Positions 26,295 through 36,904 of a stretch of 64,000 nt of DNA are shown piece after piece. Every line of letters starts with the position of its first letter. The stretch's first letter is position 1. The position numbers and the translations under genes were made by a program. Origin of the DNA: Octopus sinensis (lineage: Eukaryota); assembly GCF_006345805.1 (NCBI RefSeq), contig NC_042998.1, forward strand, positions 205,592,001 through 205,656,000. Reading direction: 5' to 3'. Below the pieces are notes generated by a model, which ran no database searches, had not been told where the DNA came from, and saw nothing but the letters and a program-made list of their open reading frames with translations.

Positions 26295-26480
26295 ATTGCT
26301 AGCCACTAAATCTTTTTTATTTTCTCTCCTTGCTTATTTCTGTGTTCCTTTCTGTTGAAGAGCGTAGGCTCGAAATGTAAAAGACTTTCTCATTTCCCAA
26401 GCGTTAAACTGATGCATCTGTTTGTTGTTTACACACTCGTCTTCGTCTTGTTTTTTTTTTTGGAAATTCCAACTATAAGT
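26295..26480 (+). mobile_element. pseudo-LTR family A with hammerhead motif (26348-26383)
   Basis: cttt-CTGTTGA-a-gagc gtag gctc-GAAA-tGTA^aaag; ends at (TA)n. Confidence 0.7.
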
Positions 26481-26500
26481 ATATATATATACATATATAT

Positions 26501-26552
<52 letters not shown>

Positions 26553-26643
26553 ATATATATAGATATATATATATATATATTACATATATATATACATATA
26601 TTATACATATATATATTATATATACATATATATACATATATAT

Positions 26644-26693
<50 letters not shown>

Positions 26694-26808
26694 TATACAT
26701 ATATATATATACTATATATATATATATATATATAATATATATACATTATATATATATATATTATATATAATATATATTATATATATATATATATACATAT
26801 ATATATAC

Positions 26809-26857
<49 letters not shown>

Positions 26858-26905
26858 TATATACAATATATATACATATATATATATATATATACATATA
26901 TATAC

Positions 26906-27003
<98 letters not shown>

Positions 27004-27027
27004 ATATATATACATATATCTATATAT
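26480..27027. repeat. degenerate (TA)n microsatellite
   Basis: About 550 bp of (TA)n with CA/TAT interruptions. Confidence 0.95.
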
Positions 27028-27199
27028 GGGGATGGTAAATTGTCGCCATTTTATCATTTTGATTTTGCACATGTGCATCATTTGTTTTTGATTTTGTCAG
27101 CTACACAGTATAGTAGGGTCAGTTAGGCACCATCTTTGTACTGCTTGGCATTCATGCCAGAAGCTCCAATACGAATATTTCAGGGTGTTTGGGTGTCAA

Positions 27200-27575
27200 T
27201 CTGAGGACATGGACCGAGAGTGATAAAAATGAAACATCCAGTCAATGTGATGGAGTTTGGAGTGATCACTAATGAAGGCAATGTTATGCCTCCATTCATC
27301 TTCCCACATGGCATCAGACTCAACACGGAGGCCTACATCAAGTGCCTGGAGGAGGTAGTGCTGCCCTGGGTGAAGAGGGTGGCTGCTGGAAAATCTTATG
27401 TCTGATAACAGGACTCTGCACCATATCACACAAGCAGGAGAACCCAGTCATGGCTGTTAGACAATTTCTGCGACCACATCACCCCTAACATCTGGCTACC
27501 TAACCCCCTTGATTATTATTATTATTATGTGTGGGGTGCAGTTGAGCGAGAGATCAACAAAACTCCTTGTAACAC
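27200..27575 (+). pseudogene. DD37D (maT-type) Tc1/mariner transposase fragment
   Basis: KHPVNVMEFGVITNEGNVMPPFIFP…QDSAPYHTS…IWLPN-PLDYY.VWGAVE; 32 residues between the Ds plus an apparent 5-codon deletion. Confidence 0.75.
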
Positions 27576-28128
27576 AAAGTGGTCAGTCCTTTAAATTTTG
27601 TATGTAAAAAATATTTTAATCTTCGGATTTTTTTAATATGCTAGGCCACTGGTTTTAATTGATTAATATCAATTTCTGCCCTTATTCAATTTTAAATAAT
27701 AAAAAAATGTTCTCTAACCAGTAAATTGACTGCTGTAATTTATTAACTGCAGGGTAGATTTCCGATCTCAGCGCACCAAAGTGAAGGCATTTGAAGGATA
27801 CACATAGATATAATTTGTTGAACTCTATGCATGCGGGACTCTGGTCAAGCATTTTTGTATCTAGTTCTGGAAATTATGTTTGTAAACGACAGACTATGCT
27901 GATGATCTTGCAGACTTTCGCATATGCATATATGTGATTATTAACAAGTGAAACTGATCGGTACATAGGTAATCGTATATTTTCATTTGTCTTGCTTATT
28001 TTTTACACTTTGGTTTTGTGCTGAGTTTTTTTTTCTTGAGAACACATTCTTCGTGGAAAATAGCGATTTTGACGTCTATATCTAGCATATTGACCATCCA
28101 CTTTTAGTGGTCAGTCCTTTAAATTTTG

Positions 28129-28139
<11 letters not shown>

Positions 28140-28160
<21 letters not shown>

Positions 28161-28370
28161 ACCTCGTGAGTACCGCTGCCGATTTTTCTTCCTCTGTCTT
28201 CCCTTCTCTGGATCTTTCCTTCTCCTATGTTTCCGACGAAGAGCTCCGCTCGAAACGTTAAACCCTCCTTCTTCTGAGCGTCCAATAATACTTTATTTGT
28301 TCCACGTCCTTGCGTTGCTGTGTTTTTTGGTTTTTTTTTGTGTTTTCTTGTTTGGATTAACTATGTATAT
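28140..28370 (+). mobile_element. pseudo-LTR family B with intact-looking hammerhead motif (28229-28263)
   Basis: gttt-CCGACGA-a-gagc tcc gctc-GAAA-cGTT^aaac; ends at (TA)n. Confidence 0.7.
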
Positions 28371-28374
28371 ATGT

Positions 28375-28575
28375 TGATTCGTTAGCTACTGCACGCATTT
28401 TTTTCTCTCCTTCTTTCTGTGTTTTTCTCTCTCTGTGTATCTTTCTGTTGAAGAGCGTAGGCTCGAAACGTTAAAGACTTGTTTTATTTATATTTCCTGA
28501 GCGCCATACTAATACAATTGTTCGTTTGTTTTCCACCTGCCTTCGTCTTTTGTTTATTTTCATAAAGCTTCCCGT

Positions 28576-28580
<5 letters not shown>
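28375..28580 (+). mobile_element. pseudo-LTR family A with hammerhead motif (28440-28477)
   Basis: tcttt-CTGTTGA-a-gagc gtag gctc-GAAA-cGTT^aaaga; ends at (TA)n. Confidence 0.7.
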
Positions 28581-28609
<29 letters not shown>

Positions 28610-28659
28610 ATTAATCCAAAGAAACAAGAAAAACTCGACAAAGTGAGGACATGGTGCAT

Positions 28660-29135
28660 TCATCATCATCATCAGTTACTGTTTGCTTTCCATGCTAGCA
28701 TGGGTTGGACAGTTTGACTGAGGACTAGCAAGCGGGAAGGCTGTATCAAGCTCTAATCTGATCTGGCAAAGTTTCTACAGCTGGATGCTCTTCCTAATGC
28801 CAACCACTCTGAGAGTGTAGTGGGTGCTTTTTACGTGCCACCGGCATGAGGGCCAGTCAGGCAATACTGGCATCGACCATGCTTGAATGGCACTGGCCGA
28901 CCGTGGCCGTTGCCAGCCTCGCCTGGCACCTGTGCAGGTGGCACGTAAAAAGCACCCACTACACTCTCGGAGTGGTTGGCGTTAGGAAGGGCATCCAGCT
29001 GTAGAAACATTGCCAGATCAGACTGGAGCCTGGTGCAGCCTTCTGGCTTCCCAGATCCCCGGTCGAACCGTCCAACCCGTGCTAGCGCGGAAAACGGACA
29101 TTAAACGATGATGATGATGATGATGATGATGATGA
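28660..29135. mobile_element. back-to-back pair of RTE-tail copies (inverted repeat)
   Basis: Minus copy with (CAT)n at 28660 joined near 28895 to a plus copy ending in (GAT)n at 29135. Confidence 0.85.
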
Positions 29136-29794
29136 TAATACATATATATATATAGGATCGAAGGATTGAGGTGAAGGAAGAAAGTGAGCTTCAAGCAATC
29201 CGTAGAAAGTATAAAAGACAACTTTCAGGAACAACAGTGGTTTATTGAAGGGGAATGTTGTGGAGTTTTCGTGTGTCAAAGTGCTATAGGCAGAAAAAGA
29301 TTATTTTATAGTTCATGGTTGGCAGTCAGGGTTGCTGGGTAGTGAATAAAAATGCAAAAGTTAAAGAATGGAATAGGTAAGATCCAGGCTTCATATGTTT
29401 CATAGCAAGTGGAACTTGAGAAGTATTAAATATCCAAGCAAGGTGTATAATTTCTCTTCACAGTTACATTTTCCACTCAAACTCTGCTTTCTACACATTC
29501 TGACTGAATCCTCCATATGTTAACTTGTACCTCTTAATGCCAAAGTAAACATCATATAATCAAGATAGCCTAGGGCTGAAAAGTAGCCTGCAGTTTACGC
29601 CTCATTTGGATATTTACTATTTCTGAGGTTCTACTTGCTATGAAACATATCTAGCCTGGATTATATCTACTCCGTTCCTTAATTTTGGGATTATATATAT
29701 GTATGACAGGCTTCTTCCAGTTTCCGTCTACCAAATCCACTCACAAGGCTTTGGTTGGCATGGAGGACAAGGACTTTATGAAACAACATGTTTA

Positions 29795-30606
29795 CTATTG
29801 CTTACTGTATGAGTTTTGAAAGAAAAGTACCACAACAGAAGCAATGCAAAACATTTGCAAAGTGTATTTGGTTTCCACTTGAGTTTATACTTGAGAACCG
29901 AACACAACATTCCACCATCTGCAGCAGTCTTCTAAGCAGAACTAATAACCTGTTATTTCTGCAGCACATTGTTACAGGTGATGAAAAATGGGTTTTGCAT
30001 CACAACAGAAAACAAAAAAGACAATGGTTATCACATAACGAGAGACCGGTGCCAACACTGAAGCCAGAACTCCATCCACAAAATCCCTTGCTCTATGTTT
30101 GGTGGAACATAAAAGATATTGTCAGTTATGAGGCTACTGGAACATGGAAGGACCATCAATGCAGATGTCTATTGCCAATAACTTAATCATATAAAAGAAA
30201 AATTACATCGAAAGTGGCCAACTTTGGTAAACAGGAAAGGTGTTATTCGATGCACAGCCACACCCTTCAAGAAAAAATAAGATGATTAGGATGGGAAGCC
30301 CTTCCGCATCCTCAAAACTCACCTGACTTAGCACCTACGGATTTCCATCTGTTCCAATCACTAGAACATTTTATAAGAGGCAAAACATTCAGAAACAAAG
30401 AAGTTAAAATAGTTTTTCAGGTTTTTTCAGGAAAAGAGATAAGTTTGTTTGAATGTGGCATAAAAAAAAGTTACTTTCCCATTGGGCTGCAGTCATTGAA
30501 AACAATGGAGATTATATTCTTGATAAAAACTATTCAAATAAATCTAGTTTACATTCATCTTTATATCCTTTCTGGTAAAATACTATTCCTTTCCAAACAC
30601 CCTAAT
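29795..30606 (+). mobile_element. degenerate mariner (D,D34D type), left end missing
   Basis: IVTGDEKWV…KPELHPQ…VWWN…HPQNSPDLAPTDFHLFQSLEH; right end ccaaacacctaata is the reverse complement of TATTAGGTGTTTGG, resembling an Hsmar1/Mos-type TIR. Confidence 0.8.
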
Positions 30607-30610
30607 ACAC

Positions 30611-30643
<33 letters not shown>

Positions 30644-30654
30644 CACATACACAT

Positions 30655-33045
30655 GACAAAAGAAACAGGCTTGGAAGGACTGGAAGAACAGTGGTAGCAG
30701 GGAAGTGTATCAGACAGCCAGAAGGGAAGCTAGGAGGCAGGTGTATTTAGCCAGAGGGGAAGCAGATAAGAAAAAATTTGCCAATGTTCTGCGCTGTGAG
30801 GGTGAAAGACTTGAGGTATTTTGTGTTGCAAGACAGTGTGTGAGAGAGAATCGTGATGTGGTAGGAGAGAAATGTGTTCGCATGGATAATGGTTCACTTG
30901 CGCTAAATGAGGATGCAAAGAGAGTGATTTGGAGACGCCACTATGAAAGGTTGCTGAATAAAGACAATGAATGGGAGAAAGAGAGTCTGCCGAATGTCGA
31001 CCCAACTGAGGGACCAGCTATCCGTGTTGACAGTTCCTTGGTAGTCAAGGCAATTAGAAGCTGTTGGATCAGGTAATGAAGGTTACAGAGAGGGTCATAG
31101 CTCAACTTCTTAGGGAGAGAGTCAACTTGGATGAGATGCAGTTTGGTTTCGTGCCAGGGAAAAGCACCACTGATGCCATATTCCTGGTGAGACAGCTGCA
31201 GGAGAAATACCTAGCCAAAGATAAGCCCCTGTACCTGGCTTTCGTTGACATGGAGAAAGCCTTTGACAGGGTTCCCCGATCCCTTACCTGGTGGTCAATG
31301 AGGAGACTAGGGATAGATGAATGGTTAGTGAGAGCTGTGCAAGCCATGTACAGGGACGCTGTCAGTAAGGTGAGGGTTGGCAACGAGTACACTGAAGAAT
31401 TCAAAGTAGAGGTTGGGGCCCACCAAGGTTCAGTCCTCAGCCCCCTCCTATTTATCATAGTCCTCCAGGCAATAACGGAGGAATTCCAGACAGGTTGCCC
31501 CTGGGAGCTCCTCTATGCTGACAACCTTGCTCTAATTGCTGAGTCGCTATCAGAACTAGAGAAGTTTCAGGTGTGGAAACAAGGATTAGAATTGAAGGGC
31601 CTTAGAATCAACCTAGCTAAAACCAAAGTCCTAATAAATAGGAAGGCAGGCAAACCACAAATCCCTTCAGGTAGATGGCCCTGCTTGATCTGTAGTAGAG
31701 GTGTAGGTAGAAACTTTATAAGATGTACCAAGTGTAAGCTATGGACACATAAGAGGTGCAGTAATATCAAAGGAAGGCTAACTGGGAAGATAGTTTTTGT
31801 ATGTGGCAGATGCTCAGGAACAATAAACACTGAAAATGCGCAGGGACCAACTTCCGTCACATTCCAGGGAGAAAAACTACAAGTAGTTGATAGTTTCCGA
31901 TATCTTGGTGACCAAATCAGGAGTGGAGGAGCATGCGCTGAAAGTGTAGCTGCTAGAATAAGAATAGCTTGGGCAAAGTTCAGAGAGCTCTTACCTCTGC
32001 TGGTGACAAAGGGCCTCTCACTCAGAGTAAAAGGTCGACTGTATGACGCATGTGTATGAACAGCCATGCTACATGGCAGTGAAACATGGGCCGTGACTGC
32101 TGAGGACATGCGTAAGCTCGCAAGGAATGAAGCCAGTATGATCCGATGGATGTGTAATGTCAGTGCGCTTACTCGACAGAGTGTAAGTACCTTGAGAGAA
32201 AAGTTGAACCTAAGAAGCATTAGATGTGGTGTGCAAGAGAGACGACTGCGCTGGTATGGTCATGTGGTGAGAATGGATGAGGATAGTTGTGTGGAAAAGT
32301 TCCACACCTTAGCAGTTGAGGGAACCTGTGGAAGAGGTAGAGCTAGGAAGACCTGGGATGAAGTGGTGAAGCACAACCTTCGAACATTTGGCCTCACCAA
32401 GAAGATGACTAGAGACTGAGACTTTTGGAAATATGCTGTGCTCGAGAAGACCCAGCAAGCCAGATGAAACCACAATCTGTGGCCTATGCCAGGAGCATAA
32501 CCAGCCCACTTATGTGTAGCTTTTCCTCCTTTGGTCACTAAACTTTGCTTGGGAAGACCTGTTGAGGCAAATGAAATCAAAATCAAAATCATTTCGATGA
32601 CTGGCGTCCGTGCTAGCGGGGTGCAAAGAACACCATACGAGTGTGATCGTTGACAGAGCAGCTATTCAAGTATGATCGTTACCAGCCTCGCCTTACTGGC
32701 ACTCATGCCTGTGCTAGCAGGGTGCTAAGAGCAACATCTGAGCATGATTGTTGCCAGAGCAGCCAACTGGCTTCCGTACCCGTGGCACGTAAAAGGGCAC
32801 CATTTGAGCGTGATTTTTACCAACGTCGCTTCACTGGCACCTGTGTCAGTGGCACGTGTAAAAAGATTCAAGCGAGGTCATTACCAGTACCGCCTGACAG
32901 GTGGCACATAAAATGCACCCACTACACTCTCGGAGTGGTTGGCGTTAGGAAGGGCATCAGGCTGTAGAATACTGCCAGATCAAGACTGAAGCCTGGTGCA
33001 GCCATCTGTTTGCTAGCATGGAAAACGGACATTAAATGATGATGA
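30655..33045 (+). mobile_element. RTE LINE (PHD-containing family), 5'-truncated, longest copy
   Basis: ORFs 30705-31076, 31064-32059 and 32066-32419 cover the linker, RT, finger and C-terminus; 3'UTR with subrepeats and (TGA)n tail; deletion at about 31050. Confidence 0.95.
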
Positions 33046-33159
33046 TTAATCTTTATCATCTTAATCAAAAAGCAGAAAAACAGACAGAGAGATGAAGATG
33101 AGTTGCAGTGGGAGGAGTTGAATGTCATAAGAATAGAAAAACAAGCAACAACAAATGGG

Positions 33160-33720
33160 TTGTACCTTCTAAAGAAACTCTTTTAAGAGCATTCAAATGC
33201 CACTGCAATGTTGAAATCATTAATTATTCAATGAGGTAAATTAAGTATGTCATCTAGTACACATTGAAAGGAAATGACCAAGCTTATATTCAAATAAACA
33301 ATGATAGCAAAATTAGTCAATATCTAATGGGTTGGTATATTGGACCATTCAAAGCAGTTACATCCATTTTAGGATTTTCAATTCATGAAAGAGCACCTGA
33401 AATAGTGAGACTGCAAGTTCATCTGCCAAATGAACAAAGAATATTGCTCTGAAATTATGAAGATAAATAAATCTGGCTGTCAATGAACAACATGAGAACA
33501 ACATTGACAGAATTCCTTTCATTGTGCACCAATGATGACTTTATGCTCAGGTAGCCATCTATTTCACTTGGAAGAATGGCAAGGAAGAAAGTGAGGGAGA
33601 AGAATTGAAGGCCATTTGAACATTTTCAAAGAATAAACACACCTGGCTGTGTTTATGTTGTCACAGCAAAGGCAGCAGAACTGCATTATCTAAGAATTTT
33701 ATTGCACCGAGTTCCAAATT
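33160..33720 (+). pseudogene. Helitron RepHel (Rep domain) remnant
   Basis: LLRAFKCHCNVE…KYVI.YTLKGNDQA…SKISQYLMGWYI…FSIHERAPEIVRLQVHLPNEQ…LHYLRILL, typical of the Helitron Rep Y2 region. Confidence 0.8.
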
Positions 33721-33802
33721 GTATTTTATTTGTTTCCTGCCATGTATTGGCATTTTCAACTTGGAGTGGTTGTGACCCAGTGGGTCATGGCAGGTACATC
33801 TA

Positions 33803-33837
<35 letters not shown>

Positions 33838-34085
33838 GTATGTATGTATGTATATATATGTGGATGAAGAAGGGGAATTTTCCTTGTTTTGTATGTCCTG
33901 TACTCTATTTTTTCGTTGTTTAAGAAAAATGTCCATTTCCTTGGTTTTGTGTTTATGTTTTCGTTTCTCATTGTGTTCAACGTTTGTTTGGTGTCCTCTA
34001 CCCATATATGCATGTATATATACATGTAGAGGTAGGTACGTACATATATGTATGTATACATGCATATGTTTTATTTATTAATTTG

Positions 34086-34118
<33 letters not shown>

Positions 34119-35329
34119 TAGATATATATATATAGATATATGTATGTATGTGTCTGTGGCATGCTCAACCACTTGCATGTTGATTTCACAAGCGGGCTGT
34201 TCCATTGATTGGACCAACTGGAACACTTGTCACAACTGATGGAGTAGCTGTTTTTTTCCCCTATGTTTATATAGATACTTAGACAGATGAACAGCTAGAT
34301 AAAGGGGCGGGCAGCCAACAGTGATTGGTTGGCTGGTTAGATGGATGGCTTATATACATGCAGTCAATGTCACTGCCTTTGTGGAGATTTATGTCTGTGG
34401 ATAGGCAAGGAGGTCGATGGTTGCATGGATACATGCATGCATTATGTGAGCATACACATGTACATGTGTGTATGTTTATGTATTTGTGCATTCGAATACT
34501 CCAGTATGTACATGTGTGTGTGTGTGTATACATATACACATACACATAATATACATAACTATATATGTATATAATATACTGGAGTAAACACATAAATGTG
34601 AAACAAGGTGGAAAAAAAGAGTACTCAAATACCAGGGGTAGAGTAATATAAAGTATGTATATAATATATGCAGCTCTATGTATGTTGTAGTTGTTTTATT
34701 ATTCACTTAATTATATGACTTTTTCTTTTCTTTTTTTTCCTTTCATTTTAAAAATATTTTCTTCATTTTATTTTAAATGCATCCTATGACATCACCTTGC
34801 TTCAATCATCTTCATCCTACAACCATTTATAATGCAGAGGCTTCCAGACATCACCAGCAGAAAGTAATCTCAGCACCATATCAAATAATAACATTCTTTT
34901 TCTACATAGAGTACTTCCTTGCAGAGTACTTTGCTATAGAGTACCATAGTATGGAGTATTTCCGTATAGAGCACTTCTTCCTCAAGTTTGCAAATTTCAA
35001 CGTGGGGTGTGGGTGTGAGATCCATCTCCTGAATGATCTGGAACATAACATTAGTGATGTTACCTAGAGGAGTGGGGGTCAGCAGCTAAGGTTTACTCAG
35101 CCCTGACTTGCAGCTTCTTAATCCTAAACCATCTGATAGCTTCCTATGTAGATTTGATCACAGACTGAATGAAAGTTTCCTTGTTGCCCCTCTAAAACCC
35201 AATAAGTTGAGAACTTCACAGAGTAAACAATCTACAATGCCTCTATAGTCCACCCTTGTGCCCCCCCCCTCTACAGTCTGCCTGTGTAACTCACCATTAG
35301 TAGGGTTAATCAATTCAAGGTCATTAGTA

Positions 35330-35827
35330 CAGCCTGTAATGACATGCATAAGATCTGGTCATCAAATCTAAGTAGAGATTTCAAACTTAAAATCTTCAAA
35401 GCCACAGTCGAACCAATTCTACTATATGGCTCAGAAACTTGGATGTTATCAAAGAAGCTTGAGAGGCAGTTGGATGGAACTTACACTCGCCTCCTTATGA
35501 GAGCTCAAAATCTCTTGTGGAAGCGCCGTCCAACCAAAATGCAAATATATGGGAAACTACCACCTGTATCATCTCTTGTGAAAGGCAGGAGAGTTCAGTT
35601 TGCTGGACATTGTTGTAGAGCTGTAAAAGAGGTAATTTCTACTCTTCTCCTCTGGAAGCCATCTACTCGCGATACAAGAGGACGCACACTCTCCTACCCT
35701 GATGTAATCTTCAGGGATACAGGCATCCAGCAACAGGACCTCCGTAATGCTATGATGGACCGTGAAGTCTGGCATAGCATAATAAATTCCATTGTCTCAA
35801 CCATGGTTGAACAATGATGATGATGAT
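35330..35827 (+). mobile_element. RTE-clade LINE 3' end (distinct lineage)
   Basis: ORF 35344-35817 with EPILLYGSETW…RRVQFAGHC…DREVW, then (TGA)n tail. Confidence 0.85.
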
Positions 35828-35837
35828 ATATATATAT

Positions 35838-36510
35838 AGCTGTTTCCCGGATATTTTATATATCCCTTCATCAGAGATGGTGCGAGAAAATGTTTTGAGT
35901 ATTAATTATTGTAGAGAAGATATGAAATACAGAGGGAAATAAGAGAATGAATATAGAAGTGAGATACATCAGGATATTGTATTTGCAGTTCCATTATTCA
36001 AGTAGAATGGTGTATATAAGTGGGGAAAAAATGGGGGGGGGTGAAGAAATTTTCTTGTACCTGGTGTGTGGGTTCCAATGGTAGTTATATTTGATCAATC
36101 CAAGCATAGAGCCTTGTAAACAGTGTTGGTCGATCGAGGGGTTTTTTTTTTGGTGTGAATTAAAATGTGTTGGTGGTGTTAATAGATATATAGAGGGAGG
36201 AGAGATGATCAGAAAGAGGAGATGGGTCAAATCAAAGACAGGAAGACCAAATATAACTACCATTGGAACCCACACACCAGGTACAAGAAAATTTCTCCCC
36301 TCCTCCAAACTTCTTCACCACTTATATACACCATTCTACTTGAATAATGGAACTGCAAATACAATATTCTGATGTATCTCACTTCTATATTCATTCTCTT
36401 ATTTCCCTCTGTATTTCATATCTTCTCTACAATAATTAATACTCAAAACATTTTCTCGCACCATCTCTGATGAAGGGATATATAAAATATCCGGGAAACA
36501 GCTGTAAGAC
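35838..36510. mobile_element. Penelope-type pseudo-LTR fold-back (family D) with hammerhead motif at 36464-36509
   Basis: Arms 35838-36023/36318-36503 (one mismatch seen) plus 36045-36093/36248-36296 (perfect); tct-CTGATGA-ag-ggata tataaaa tatcc-gg-GAAA-CAGCT-GTA^aga. Confidence 0.75.
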
Positions 36511-36539
36511 CTTTTCTTGATAAATTTTATGAAATCTAT

Positions 36540-36900
36540 TTACTGCCTTGGATTTTTTTAATCTCATTCTGTCAATTTATATGTTCGCATGCTAATACAT
36601 GACCCACGTTGGACTCCTCACTCGTATCATTACCGAGCCTGGAGCTTAACCATGGCCGATCCATAGCACTTACTTAGCTTTTACCCGATACCTTCTGGTT
36701 CTTCCTGACACCAATACCTTTCATACCCTAGACACTACACACATTTTTTTATCTCTTTGTTTTTTTCTGTGTCTCTTTCTGCAGAAGAGCGTAGGCTCAA
36801 AACGTAAAAGACTTTTTCAATTCCTGAGCGTTATACTAATACATCTGTTTGTTTTGTACACCACCTGTCTTCGTCTTTTGTTTTTCGTGAACTCTCCCTA
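36540..36900 (+). mobile_element. longer pseudo-LTR family A copy, hammerhead inactivated
   Basis: CTGCAGA…gctc-AAAA (G12 lost); same 3' segment as other family A copies; ends at (TA)n. Confidence 0.65.
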
Positions 36901-36904
36901 TATA

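Noticed and set aside
26355-26969. Ile/Tyr-rich ORFs (also 53312-53993)
   Set aside because: (TA)n microsatellite translations
34906-34980. CRISPR-like array (here or among repeated SINE motifs)
   Set aside because: No unique spacers, no constant repeat of 23-47 bp, no cas genes; eukaryotic context
35158-35349. DYRGIVDC resembling a mitochondrial-carrier motif
   Set aside because: No PxD/ExxK/R signature or transmembrane segments; the frame runs into an RTE; likely chance
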